DNA of 64,000 bases from an uncultured delta proteobacterium. GTDB lineage: Bacteria > Myxococcota_A > Polyangia > Fen-1088. The notes beneath the pieces are model-generated. The model was not told where the DNA came from, searched no databases, and saw only the letters and a list, made by a program, of their open reading frames with translations. Numbering within the stretch: the stretch's first letter is position 1; each line of letters opens with the position of its first letter. Location: NCBI GenBank assembly GCA_963796685.1, contig CAWCMR010000011.1:32001-96000 (forward strand), written 5' to 3'. The position numbers and the translations under genes are program-made. Below are positions 46,065 through 57,415 of this stretch, in pieces.

Positions 46065-46136
46065 GAATCTTCCGAGTACCTCGCAAGCTCTCGATTCTGC
46101 ACAGCATTCAACCCGTTCGGTGCTCTAGGGTGTGAC

Positions 46137-48131
46137 TTACTTCGCGACCTTCATAACGGCCTTTGCACCACCGTTGCTCCAGTACACGGCCCGGCTGTCG
46201 ACGGCGATGTCTTGAACGTCGCCTTGCAAGGAGTTTACCAGAACGGTCACGTCGCCGCCCGCTTTGGGAACGCGTCTGATGGAGCCGCGATAGGCGCCGA
46301 AGTAGACGTCGGTATCGTCGACGGCCAGTGCGTATCCGCCACTTTGTCCGGACGCCAAGGTCACCATCGCGCCACCGGACTGAGAAACCTCGAGAACCAA
46401 ACCGGACCTGAGCATGGTCCAGTAGACGTTGGTCGTGTCCGCAGCAATGGCCCAACCATCGCTCAAGTTGTTGGCAAGCTTGGCCAGCGTGACCGGCGTG
46501 CCACCGGAGAGCGGGATCATCATGACGGTGTCGTAGCCACCGGCGTATTTGAGAAAGAAGATGCCAGTCGACGTGACGGTCAATCGATAGGGATTGTATT
46601 GAGCCGACACCAGCGTCCCGACCCCCGCGTCGGGAGTGCTGCCGTCGGTGGGCCACTCGTACACGCCGCCGCCCCGGGTGTCGTCCACCGGCTTGGTCCA
46701 ATACACGAAGCCGCCGTAGACCGCGACGCCCATGTAGTCCCCACCTGATGCCAAGGTGGTCGAGGTGCCACCTCCGGCCAGGGAAACTCTCTTGACCGAG
46801 CCCCCGGGAGAGCGCGTGGTGAAGTAGGCGTTCTGCGAGTCGATCGCCAGCGCGAAGGGCCCAAACACACCGGAGCCCGCGATCTCGGTTGGTCCTCCCG
46901 CGGTGGGCTGCTTCCTCAGGGTGCCGTCCGGAAGGTTGCCCCAATAGACGTTGGTCTCGTCCACGGCGACGGGCCCGTAGTCGCCTTCGCCGCTGGCCAG
47001 GGTGATCGGGTCGCACCACCCATCCACGCACGCCGCCCCCAGGCACCCATGTCCGCACGCGCCGCAGTTGCTCGAATCGGACTGGAAATCCACACAGGTC
47101 CCGTCACAGGCGTTCTTGCACGCGCAGGTGCCGGCCCGGCAGGTGTGAACCGAGTCGCACGCGAAGGAGGAGCCGCACCCACCGCAGTTGTGGTCGTCGC
47201 TTTGGAAATTGGCGCAATTGCCGTTGCAGACGTCATAGCCCGGATCACAGAGGATCGTGCAAGTGCCGTTCACGCAGGCGCCGGCGCCATGGTCGAAGTT
47301 GTTGGGACAGGTCTTGCCGCAAGCGCCGCAGTTGCGCACCTCGGTCGCCGTGTTCGCGCAAGCGTAGGAACACTCGGTCGGGGCCCAGGCGGGACAACCG
47401 TCCGAGCAGGCATAGCCCTGAAAATCGGAGGTGGGGGCGCAGGTCGCGGTTGCGCCGGTGCAGAAAGTGTTGCAGCTGCCACAAAAGTTATACTGCGCAA
47501 GATTGAAGGAGCACCCTTGCCCCTCGTTGAAGCAGTCGCCGTAGGGGAATGCGCATTCGTACACGCACTTTCCTGCCGCGCAGGTGAGGCCTTTGAGCGA
47601 AATGTTGGGTAGTTTGGTGCAATCGTTGCTGCACGAGCCACAGGTGCGAGGATCGTCGCGTGCGAAACAGCCGGCATCGCAAATCAGGCTGTTGCTGGAA
47701 CAGATTCCCGAGCGCGTGTCCGCCGCAGCATCGCTGCCGAGGGGAGCATCGGCGACAGGGCCATCGGGCCTGGCGTCCGGCCCGCTGGGTCCGTCGCTGC
47801 CCGGGCTCGCAATCGAGCCATCCGACGCGTCGGCAAGCGTCCCGTCCGTAGAGCCCGCCAGCGCCACGTCGGCGGTGGGCACATCCATCTTGCCAACATC
47901 AAAAGCGCCATCTGCGCCCGCGGTCGGCGCCGCATCGGTCGTAGGCAAAACCGATGCGCCGTCGCCCGCCTCACCATCGGGAAGCGGATTCGCTCCGACT
48001 TCCGAGCCCGGAACCATTCCGCTGTCCGCTTGGTCCGCGGCCACATCGCGAGCGTCGAATCCCGCCCCGGGGTGGGTGCTCGTGGAGCAGGCGATGACCG
48101 GCAGGAACAGTAAAGCGATTGTTTTGCGCAT
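46137..48131 (-). CDS. Lipoprotein with Cys-rich (NCGACG) repeats and a C-terminal beta-propeller
   Basis: VIAC lipobox; D..NCGACG repeats; AVD...VYW / K.GG...L repeats. Confidence 0.8.
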   Translation of the reverse strand: MRKTIALLFLPVIACSTSTHPGAGFDARDVAADQADSGMVPGSEVGANPLPDGEAGDGASVLPTTDAAPTAGADGAFDVGKMDVPTADVALAGSTDGTLADASDGSIASPGSDGPSGPDARPDGPVADAPLGSDAAADTRSGICSSNSLICDAGCFARDDPRTCGSCSNDCTKLPNISLKGLTCAAGKCVYECAFPYGDCFNEGQGCSFNLAQYNFCGSCNTFCTGATATCAPTSDFQGYACSDGCPAWAPTECSYACANTATEVRNCGACGKTCPNNFDHGAGACVNGTCTILCDPGYDVCNGNCANFQSDDHNCGGCGSSFACDSVHTCRAGTCACKNACDGTCVDFQSDSSNCGACGHGCLGAACVDGWCDPITLASGEGDYGPVAVDETNVYWGNLPDGTLRKQPTAGGPTEIAGSGVFGPFALAIDSQNAYFTTRSPGGSVKRVSLAGGGTSTTLASGGDYMGVAVYGGFVYWTKPVDDTRGGGVYEWPTDGSTPDAGVGTLVSAQYNPYRLTVTSTGIFFLKYAGGYDTVMMIPLSGGTPVTLAKLANNLSDGWAIAADTTNVYWTMLRSGLVLEVSQSGGAMVTLASGQSGGYALAVDDTDVYFGAYRGSIRRVPKAGGDVTVLVNSLQGDVQDIAVDSRAVYWSNGGAKAVMKVAK

Positions 48132-48190
48132 GCACGCTCCCCTTGAGGTAAGGGCATGGTAACACGCCGTCCTCGGCGTCCACGAGCCCT

Positions 48191-48508
48191 TCATGTCCTT
48201 CGCGCTCGAAGCTCCGCTACAAGGCCAAGAAGTGCGCCGAACGGAATGCCAAGAAAGGAGAGGTTCATCAGCATCGAGATGTTCCTGGCAAGAACCGCGG
48301 CCCTCTGCGCGGCGGGCGTGGCGCCGAGCCGGAGCGATGATGCCCCAACCAGAAGGAGGACCGTGACGACAAAGAGAACAACGCCGCCGAACAGCCTCAA
48401 GGCCGAGACCTTCCATCTCCGGCGAAACAGCCCGACAAAACCACGGACGACGGTGAACGCCGATCCAGCGAGCAAGAAGCCGAGTGCTGTGCCAATTGCG
48501 AGATGCAT
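48191..48508 (-). CDS. Small 3-TM membrane protein (cassette-like)
   Basis: Hydrophobic; ATG just after a degenerate attC 3' half at 48515-48545. Confidence 0.5.
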   Translation of the reverse strand: MHLAIGTALGFLLAGSAFTVVRGFVGLFRRRWKVSALRLFGGVVLFVVTVLLLVGASSLRLGATPAAQRAAVLARNISMLMNLSFLGIPFGALLGLVAELRARRT

Positions 48509-48567
48509 GGTCGTCCGCCCAGCGGTTTGCCGTTCGGCAGCGCTTCGACGTCTTGCTGGCCAGCAGT

Positions 48568-49497
48568 TCACCTCACCGGCACCTCGGACCGGCAGACAAC
48601 CGCATCGTCGCCGTTCTCAAGAGCGAGAAGACGAATCGCATCCACGGAGAGGGGCGAGGAATGACCTACGATTATCTCCTTGATCAGTCCCTGCCCACCA
48701 GCGCCGAAGTTGAGCTGCTCATATGGAATGATGCGGTCGCCAGACTTACGGAACTTGACGGGCCCATTTCGGGTGCCCTTGGTAAGCCGCTGTCCGTTCT
48801 GCGAGATGTCGTGTGCCACCATGCGCCACTCGTCCTCGTCGGAAAATGATGGATGCTTCATCAAGACGGCGAGCATTCGAACGTACAGGGAAGTGAAGTA
48901 TGCAGTCATCCTGGCGGTTCTGCCCAGCTCGTCCACGGTGAGGTGCCTCTCCTCAGACGCAATCGCTGAGGCTCCAGCCTGGAAAAGCCTCAGCATACTT
49001 GCCCTCTGTGCCTGTTCTGTGTAGTCGACTTTGAAAAGGTCATAGTTGACTGTTGCAGCCAGCGATGGAGAGAAGCCAATCGCCACACCGTGGCCTGAAC
49101 GTCCGTAATGCAACCATTGTCCGCTCTTCACGGGTCGCCCGCAAAACGAAACCACGTACGGTGCCAGTTCCGCCTGGGTTAGATTCGGCGCAATTGGCGA
49201 GCCTTTGAGATACTCCAGGATGGAGGAATGGTACAGCGTGGCAGTGTCGCTCTTGCCCCATTCTTGAAGCAAACCCACGGCTAGCTCAACTCCGTAGCGG
49301 ACTTCGAGGGAGTCGTTCAATGTCGTCGCTAGAGAAGCCCAAAGGAACCTGTTCTGGACAATATTCAGGAGGGCTTCACTGTCGGTGAGGTGATAGATGA
49401 TGTCCGGTGGCCTGTCCCTACCGCCGCCCTCTCGGACAGCAGTCAAGCAAGCAAGGATCAGGTTGTCCTTGTAGTTCGATATCCATTCTGGAGTCAC
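48568..49497 (-). CDS. DUF2971-domain protein
   Basis: YH.T, LWAS....LND..E, YVVSFC, QW..YG..G.GVAIGF, KHPSF..E.EWR. Confidence 0.8.
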   Translation of the reverse strand: MTPEWISNYKDNLILACLTAVREGGGRDRPPDIIYHLTDSEALLNIVQNRFLWASLATTLNDSLEVRYGVELAVGLLQEWGKSDTATLYHSSILEYLKGSPIAPNLTQAELAPYVVSFCGRPVKSGQWLHYGRSGHGVAIGFSPSLAATVNYDLFKVDYTEQAQRASMLRLFQAGASAIASEERHLTVDELGRTARMTAYFTSLYVRMLAVLMKHPSFSDEDEWRMVAHDISQNGQRLTKGTRNGPVKFRKSGDRIIPYEQLNFGAGGQGLIKEIIVGHSSPLSVDAIRLLALENGDDAVVCRSEVPVR

Positions 49498-49512
49498 CTT
49501 AGCCTCCTGTCT

Positions 49513-49618
49513 GGCCAACGCTTTGGCGTTCGGCAGCGAGCCCGCCGCACGAGCGGTTCGTTGATGTTACTCAGACTTCCCTGCGGCGGGATCGTCAGTC
49601 TGCAACGGCATGTTAAGT
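49513..49618 (-). other. Integron attC site
   Basis: Minus strand R'' ACTTAAC, L'' GTTGCAG, long imperfect palindrome, L' CCGAAC, R' GTTGGCC. Confidence 0.75.
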
Positions 49619-49643
49619 TAATTAGACTAGCCACTGGAGCGCC

Positions 49644-50589
49644 TCAGCCTGCCCGTGTCCAGGCGTGCCCGAGCTTGTAGGCCAGATCGGGATCTCGAAT
49701 CTCACGGAACAAGCCGAGCTTTCGCAAGAAGGCGGCTCCGGGCACAAGGCGGATGATGGCCGAGAGAGTTCGAGGGCGTGCCCATTTCTTGATCTCGACG
49801 AAGATCATGGACCGTGAGCCTCGCGCCGAACGGTATCTGCGGATGGAAAGGACTCGCTGGCGCTTCCACAGAAATCCTCGCGGTGCCGATCTTTGTGCAC
49901 ATCATGACCCTGGTCCCAGGACGGAGACCGGCAGGAAGGTCGCCGGTCCACCGAAACGTTTCGATTGTGAATTTGTTCGGATCTTCCAACATCTCTTGGG
50001 CGTCAATCGAGCCCTTCTCTTCAACTTCTTGGTCGAAAGAGTCATAGTCGATCCTTCCCAGCTTTATCGCGCTCAGGTAGGACTGGGCAGGAAGTCGTCG
50101 TTGGCCCTTGCGTGTCCCAGTAGCGATCCTTGGCGGCTTATAGAGTACGACCTTCCCGCCGGCGAACTGAAGTCCGACTTGGTCGCCTCGAAGGGATTTT
50201 ACGAAGCGGGTTGCCGCCGCGACGAACCGAATATCGTCGCACTCGCACACAGCCTCGATCAAGTGGTTCGCCGAATGATTGGAAACGTTGGTCGAGCCGA
50301 CGATGGCGCGATTCCCGAATGCAAATACCTTGGGGTGAAGGTTCGCGACAGCGTGAACCTCTACTTTGAGTCGAAGATACTTAACGACCTCCTTCGGATC
50401 GACAAGGCCACTCTTGAACGCACCATCGTCAAATCGGGTCACCAACAGATCTCCGCTACGAAGGGGTAGGCGCTGCGCAGCCCCGGCGCCGAGGTACGGA
50501 ACGGCAGCAACCGCCGGCCCTCGGCGTTGGCTTCGAGCCAACTTGGTAAGTCTGGTCCAGGCTGTGTCCGTGCGCAGCGCAAGCATCAT
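49644..50589 (-). CDS. PLD/HKD-like nuclease domain protein, frameshifted near 49857
   Basis: AVPYLG, NLHPKVF....AIVGSTN.S....E; the alternative frame continues to a stop at 49644. Confidence 0.7.
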
Positions 50590-50608
50590 GTGAGAGCCTC
50601 CTTGGTCC

Positions 50609-50690
50609 GTCGAACGCCTTGCCGTTCAGTGGTCTGGGCCACCAAACCGACGCTTCGATTCTACACCGACGCCTCCACGGCAACCACCAT
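50609..50690 (-). other. attC 3' half
   Basis: Minus strand CTGAACGGCAAGGCGTTCGAC, 20 bp before the PLD start. Confidence 0.55.
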
Positions 50691-50736
50691 CTGGCGGTCG
50701 CTCGCATGATACCTGAGTTTCGACCACGGTGGAATC

Positions 50737-50841
50737 GATCAACGCCTTGCCATGCAGCAGCGGGGGTGCCGCCAAGGCCACCTCCTCGATCCCATGCGAT
50801 GTCCCTGCGGCACCACCGTCTTCTGCAATGGGATGTTAGAT
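50737..50841 (-). other. Integron attC site
   Basis: Minus strand ATCTAAC-ATCCC-ATTGCAG...GCTGCATGGCAAGGCGTTGATC, 6 bp after a stop codon. Confidence 0.7.
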
Positions 50842-50847
50842 TAGGCC

Positions 50848-51150
50848 TCACGCAGGTCCGGAGCGCCAGGTCTTCCTCAACCACTCGAACATGTCCCGCG
50901 TCGGACCAGCGGGCCCTTTGCCGGACCAATTCACAGGCTTGACCTCCATGACCAGGACACGAGCACTAGGGGCCACCGCTGTCAGAGCATCGCGGAGGTC
51001 GCTGGCGGACAACTTGTCTGAGGAGTCGGCCACCAACCATGTTCCTCCAATCCAATGCCACCAACCATAGGTCTGCGCTCGGAGGTAGGCTATGAAACGC
51101 TGTTGACTTGGCGGCGGAAAATTGGATGCGCCGACGACAAAGTGCCGCAT
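50848..51150 (-). CDS. Small Trp-rich alpha/beta protein (possible Cas2/VapD-like fold)
   Basis: GWWHWIGGTWLV...LRDAL...LVMEV...WSG...EWL; TAATG coupling with the upstream gene. Confidence 0.65.
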   Translation of the reverse strand: MRHFVVGASNFPPPSQQRFIAYLRAQTYGWWHWIGGTWLVADSSDKLSASDLRDALTAVAPSARVLVMEVKPVNWSGKGPAGPTRDMFEWLRKTWRSGPA

Positions 51151-51530
51151 TACTTGTCCTCCTTCTCATCGTCTGCTGACGCGAGCAAGAGGGGAACGGT
51201 GTCATCGTCTTCTTCCTCTATAGCGCTGCCTCCGCTATCGCCGAAGAGCCCCTTCTCTATGGCCATCTTCTGGACGAGATAGGTTTCCGAACGAAGGGCA
51301 TCCTTGTCTTTGAATAGGAGGTACAGATAGGCAAACAGGTAGAGGACGACCGAGATGCCGGCGCCTGCGGCAAAGAGCCCGATCACCCATCCGGGCGCCT
51401 TGGCGTGGACCGTTGCGACCGTTCCGGATGTAAGAATCGCGGTCATCCACCCGATCGGCTTGAGAGCCGTGGACCTTGCGCCCGAGGCGGAATTCTGCTC
51501 AAGGAGAGCTCGAAGAAAGTGTTTTCCCAT
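51150..51530 (-). CDS. 2-TM membrane protein with acidic tail
   Basis: Two TM helices, D.LRSE.Y..QK.A.E..L.GD. Confidence 0.65.
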   Translation of the reverse strand: MGKHFLRALLEQNSASGARSTALKPIGWMTAILTSGTVATVHAKAPGWVIGLFAAGAGISVVLYLFAYLYLLFKDKDALRSETYLVQKMAIEKGLFGDSGGSAIEEEDDDTVPLLLASADDEKEDK

Positions 51531-51542
51531 GAGAGTGGTCGT

Positions 51543-51682
51543 GTAGACGTTGCTGTTCAGCGGCGAAGGCTGTAGGTGATGGTCGATAGTAGCACTGCCA
51601 GGGCCGTGCGGCGGCCACCGCGTGACCCCGGCTCGTTGAACTTCGACCGAGAGTTGACAGGCCTTCGTCCGCTGCAACGGCT

Positions 51683-51688
<6 letters not shown>
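51543..51688 (-). other. Degenerate attC site
   Basis: GCCGTTGCAGCGGACGAAGGC ... GCCTTCGCCGCTGAACAGC; R boxes mutated. Confidence 0.6.
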
Positions 51689-53004
<1,316 letters not shown>

Positions 53005-53047
53005 CGGCCATTCTTCCTTTCTTCATCAAGAGATAAGTCCCGTCTGC

Positions 53048-54781
53048 CTACGAGCGCTGCAACGCCGGGTTAGACGTCGCCGTGGCTTGATTGCGAAAGC
53101 CCCGGTTGATGGCGCGCGCCAGCTCATAGAATCGCCTGAAGTGATCTTCGCCCGGCCGGGCTTCCTTCTTGAACTCCTGAAGGTATAGCTTCTTCAGGTG
53201 ATTGTTAGCGTCTCTGCGCTCCTCTGTGGTTCCCGAAAGTGCATCTACGAGTTTGGGATTCGCCGCGCGAACCTTCGTCCTAAGCGGCTCGGGAAGCAGT
53301 CCCTCGATGCAACGCTGTCCGGCTTCATCCACTCCGACCGCAAGATAGTGTACACGCTCCCGCAGACCAAGGTCCATAAGGCTTTTCTCAACGATCGACT
53401 TCGAGTCGAGATCAAAGGTCACAAAGATCCTGTCGAACCGGTCCTTGATAAACCGGACGATCGATTGATTCTTCAGGGTGTCACGGCCGCCGTAGGAGAA
53501 GACCATTCCATCGAAGGCCAAGCGCGATTCACCGTGGTCCTTGCTTCGAAGCATCTCGATGTACTCCTGGTCAGTATCGCCTTCCACGAGCACCACGGCC
53601 TCAGGTTGGCTGAAGAACAACCCCTTCCACGGTGCAAATGCTTCATCACTGAGCCCAAGGGACAAGGAGAAGGGCTCCATCCACTTTTCGCCGCTGGTGT
53701 CGACTCTCTCGGTTTGGCGCAGCTGCCGACGGACTACTTTGCGCTCCAAGAGGATGTTGGACTCTGGACGTTCCTGGCTCAACAGGTACGGGCTGTGTGT
53801 TGTCACTATGGTCTGTACTCGAAACTCCTCTGCTAGGTCTTGAAGAACCCTGCCGAATTCCGCCTGCGCCAGGGGGTGCAGGAAGCTTTCGGGCTCCTCT
53901 ATCACGATGACCGGAGTCACTTTTGACGAGGAAACCGGCGACTCGGCAACCTGTTTGGCTCTGAACACGGTCAGGAGAATCTGCGTCCTGTTGCGCGTTC
54001 CACTGCCCCAATCGTCCAAGTCTACGTCGAGCTTCTTGTCTCCCAGGGTGATGTTGTAGGGGAAGTGAGACAGGTTGAATGTCGGGCAACTGAGGCGGAC
54101 TTTGTAGCGATCCTTCAACCGACCGAGGAGACTTTCGATCTTCTCCTCCTGTCCGCGCGCGACTCTGCGGAGCACATTGTTGACGCTCTTTTGAGATTTG
54201 TCGAGCTTCTGCGAATGCTCCTCGGAGATATCTCGCAGGGCGCCTCGTGAGCCGCTGTATTGTTCCTCCGGGTCAGTCGAGCTGTGAAACAGAAATGTCG
54301 GTGATGTTCGAAAGCGTTTCAATACCTCTTCGGCTTTGAGGCCATCAAAACGTTGTTTGTTGGCAGTGACTGCTATGGTTTTGGGGCCCTCGGCTGGTTG
54401 TGAAAACGACAACTGCAGGTCAATCTGATCAGGCTTGCCCTCGATGCCGAGGTAGTCGGCAAGGAAGCTGTAGATGCCAGCATCATCCTTGGCGTCGATG
54501 CTGAGAGCAATCTCCAAGGAGATAGAGCGCTTCTTCTGCTCAACGGTTGACCATTTCGTGTAGTCATCCTTGAAGGAGAATCCCAGCCGCTCAGCATAGG
54601 GAAAGGGCAGGCCAGGATAATAGTAGCGGTCCTGGTCGAGGAACAGCCTGCGTATTGCCGTGACGACGTTTGTCTTGCCGGAGTCGTTCCGGCCGCAGAT
54701 CGCCGCGTAGTAGGCAGGAAATGTGAGATCAAGATACTCCAAGGTGCGATACCCGCGGACACCTAGCCGTTCTATTCTCAT
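53048..54781 (-). CDS. OLD-family ATP-dependent nuclease (ABC ATPase + TOPRIM)
   Basis: GRNDSGKT, WGSG, IEEPESFLHP, TTHSP, VEGDTD, FDLD. Confidence 0.88.
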   Translation of the reverse strand: MRIERLGVRGYRTLEYLDLTFPAYYAAICGRNDSGKTNVVTAIRRLFLDQDRYYYPGLPFPYAERLGFSFKDDYTKWSTVEQKKRSISLEIALSIDAKDDAGIYSFLADYLGIEGKPDQIDLQLSFSQPAEGPKTIAVTANKQRFDGLKAEEVLKRFRTSPTFLFHSSTDPEEQYSGSRGALRDISEEHSQKLDKSQKSVNNVLRRVARGQEEKIESLLGRLKDRYKVRLSCPTFNLSHFPYNITLGDKKLDVDLDDWGSGTRNRTQILLTVFRAKQVAESPVSSSKVTPVIVIEEPESFLHPLAQAEFGRVLQDLAEEFRVQTIVTTHSPYLLSQERPESNILLERKVVRRQLRQTERVDTSGEKWMEPFSLSLGLSDEAFAPWKGLFFSQPEAVVLVEGDTDQEYIEMLRSKDHGESRLAFDGMVFSYGGRDTLKNQSIVRFIKDRFDRIFVTFDLDSKSIVEKSLMDLGLRERVHYLAVGVDEAGQRCIEGLLPEPLRTKVRAANPKLVDALSGTTEERRDANNHLKKLYLQEFKKEARPGEDHFRRFYELARAINRGFRNQATATSNPALQRS

Positions 54782-54963
54782 CGCGACATCATACTACCGA
54801 GGAGACTTGGCCGCGACCCACACGCGAACTCTGACTTACTATTAGTCTGCAGAGACTGCCCCAATATTCCTAGGAGAGCCTCGCGCTAGGTGAGGTCGGT
54901 CCGAGGTTTGGGACAAATGATTCCACGGGGTTGGAATTGTTGGGTCGTCGGACTTCTCGCGCT

Positions 54964-55773
54964 TCACGTGCCATGCGCCCCTCTGACGTCGATGCGACCC
55001 ACGGCGAGCAGGATCCCGAAGATGATGGCTTCGGGGCGTGGGGGGCAGCCGGGGATGAAGACGTCCACTGGCAGGACTTCGGCAACGCCGCCGGCGCTTG
55101 CGTAGCTGCGACCGACGAGGCCACCCGAGGTGGCGCAGGCTCCGACGGCGATGACGATGCGGGGCTCGGGGACGGCCTCGTAGGTGCGGCGCACGGCTGT
55201 CTCCAGATTGCGGGTCACCGGTCCGGTCACGATGACGCCGTCGGCATGGCGAGGCGAAGCGACGAAATCGATGCCGAGGCGGCGGATGTCGTAGACCGGA
55301 TTGAGCAAGGCGGTCAGCTCCCAGTCGCAGGCGTTGCACGAGCCCGAATCGAGATGGCGCAGGGCAAGCGAGCGTCCGAGCGTGCGCCGAATCTGTTCGG
55401 CGACCTCGGCAGCGGGCGGAGGCGGCGGCAGGGCGACCGCTCGGCCGCCACTGTCGCTCTCGACCTCGACCACCAGGCCTTTGCGCTGCCGGCAGGCCAG
55501 CTCGACCTGCCGTCCCAGCTCGATGGCCCCTTCCTGCGAGCGTTCCGCGCAGCGACCACAGAAAATGCAGCGCCCGACATCGATGCCGTAACGCCCGGAC
55601 ACACGCGAAATCGCTCCCGATGGACAGACCGACTCTGGCGGAAGCCCTTCGACCCGGCTGCCAGGGCGAACCGCGGGCGCGCCACGAAACCGCTCGGGCG
55701 GGTGCGCGGGATCCTTCGGGTAACGAATGGTTACCACGCCGGTGCGCAGGCTTCTCAGAATGGCGGTCAGCAT
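54964..55773 (-). CDS. Group 4 hydrogenase small subunit (HyfI/NuoB-like) fused to a ferredoxin (HyfH-like)
   Basis: CPSGA, CIFCGRC, GSCNACD, SPRHAD, GAC, PGCPP. Confidence 0.9.
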   Translation of the reverse strand: MLTAILRSLRTGVVTIRYPKDPAHPPERFRGAPAVRPGSRVEGLPPESVCPSGAISRVSGRYGIDVGRCIFCGRCAERSQEGAIELGRQVELACRQRKGLVVEVESDSGGRAVALPPPPPAAEVAEQIRRTLGRSLALRHLDSGSCNACDWELTALLNPVYDIRRLGIDFVASPRHADGVIVTGPVTRNLETAVRRTYEAVPEPRIVIAVGACATSGGLVGRSYASAGGVAEVLPVDVFIPGCPPRPEAIIFGILLAVGRIDVRGAHGT

Positions 55774-55783
55774 GGCAGGGCTT

Positions 55784-57415
55784 TCATCGGTCCGTGCACG
55801 AGTAGCAGAGCTCGAAGCTCTTGTTGACAATGGGGAAGTCGGCGACGATCGACGTCTGGGCGGCGAGCGGGACCGCGGGCCAGTTGGCATAGCTCGGCGA
55901 GCGCAGGTGGTAGCGCTCGACCCGGCCCGCACCATCCACGCGCAGCCAATGGATCGCCGCCCCACGCGGGGACTCGATGGCGCAAAGGCCGATCCCCCAC
56001 GCCGGCAGGGCCTCGGGCATGGTGGCACGGATCGCGCCCGACGGCATGGCTTCGAGAAGGGCGCGGATGAGCCGCATCGACTCGCGCGCCTCGGCAGCGC
56101 GTACGTTCAGCCGAGCATGAACATCGCCCTCGGATTCGGTGGCGACCGCAACCGGCAGACCGCCCGCATAACCGGCGTGCGGGTGGTCGCGCCGGGCATC
56201 GCGGTCGATGCCGCAGGCGCGCGCAGCGACGCCGGTCACGCCCAGGGCGATCGCGTCCTCGGCCTGCAAGCGTCCGGTGGTGTCGAGGCGGTCGGTCAGC
56301 GAGGGATTGTTCTCGATGCGCTCCATCAGACTGGCGAGGGCTTCGGCGGTGGTGCCGAGCACGGCAGAGAGAGTCTTGGACAGCTCGGCCGTGAGATCGA
56401 GGCGAGCCCCGCCGGGCACCAGCAGTCCGCGCAAGAACCGGCTGCCCGTCAACTGTTCGCCCACCTGTTGCAGCGCCTCCTTCATGCGTGCGCCGGCCGA
56501 GGTGCCGTAGTGGTAGCTCGCGCCGGCCGTGATGTTGCCGATGTCGCCCACGTGGTTGTACAGCCGCTCGAGCTCGAGCGCGAGGGTGCGCAGGGCGCGC
56601 GCCCGAGGCGGCACGGCGACCCCGGCGATCTGCTCGGCCGCCTCGCAGAAGCCAAGCCCGTGCGAAACCGAGCACACCCCGCACACGCGCTCGGCGACGT
56701 AGAAGGCGTCGGCGATGGGCAGCCCCTCAATGCGTTTCTCGAGACCGCGGTGGGTATAGAAGAGGCGCGCCTCCAGGTTCAGGATCGACTCGCCGACCGT
56801 GCTCATGCGGAAGTGGCCCGGCTCGATGATGCCCGCGTGGATCGGCCCGACCGGCACCTCCATCACGCCCTCGCCCTCGACGACCAGGTGGGGAAACTCC
56901 TCGGCCGGCAGCACCGGCGGACGCGTGCTGGCGTCGAATCCCTTGCGCAGCGGAAAGACACCCTTGGGCCAACCATCGTGAACCACCAGCGGGCGCGGAT
57001 CGGGGTGCCCGGCGAAGACGATGCCGAAGAGATCCTGCGCTTCCCGCTCGTGCCAGTTGGCGGCGGGCGCTTGTGCGCAGAGCGACGGCAGCTCGGGGCG
57101 GTCCGGGTCGAGCGAAGCCACCACGGTGACGAAGGTGTCGGGCAAAGGCGGCGTGCCGGCCACGGGCTCGAACACGTAGCGCACCTTCAAATCCCTCTCG
57201 GGCAGGTCCCTCTCGGGCGTCGCGCTCTCGTCCGTCGCCACCAGGGTCGCCAGTCCCAGCCCCGCGGCGCGCAGCTCGGCCACGACGGCGCCCAGGTCCT
57301 CCGCGCGCGGGAGCCTGAGCGTGAGGTCCTGGGGGCGCGGGCCTGGACCGAGGCCGCCTCGCCCGGCCAACCGCGCGCTCAGGTCTTGCACGAGGGTGCC
57401 CATCGCATCAGCCAA
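55784..57415 (-). CDS. Group 4 [NiFe]-hydrogenase large subunit (HyfG/HycE-like, NuoC+D fold)
   Basis: GPIHAGIIEPGHF, L1 ERVCGVC, L2 ELCYSCTDR. Confidence 0.9.
   Translation of the reverse strand: MADAMGTLVQDLSARLAGRGGLGPGPRPQDLTLRLPRAEDLGAVVAELRAAGLGLATLVATDESATPERDLPERDLKVRYVFEPVAGTPPLPDTFVTVVASLDPDRPELPSLCAQAPAANWHEREAQDLFGIVFAGHPDPRPLVVHDGWPKGVFPLRKGFDASTRPPVLPAEEFPHLVVEGEGVMEVPVGPIHAGIIEPGHFRMSTVGESILNLEARLFYTHRGLEKRIEGLPIADAFYVAERVCGVCSVSHGLGFCEAAEQIAGVAVPPRARALRTLALELERLYNHVGDIGNITAGASYHYGTSAGARMKEALQQVGEQLTGSRFLRGLLVPGGARLDLTAELSKTLSAVLGTTAEALASLMERIENNPSLTDRLDTTGRLQAEDAIALGVTGVAARACGIDRDARRDHPHAGYAGGLPVAVATESEGDVHARLNVRAAEARESMRLIRALLEAMPSGAIRATMPEALPAWGIGLCAIESPRGAAIHWLRVDGAGRVERYHLRSPSYANWPAVPLAAQTSIVADFPIVNKSFELCYSCTDR

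Noticed and set aside
53048-54781. Gabija system
   Set aside because: No UvrD-like GajB adjacent
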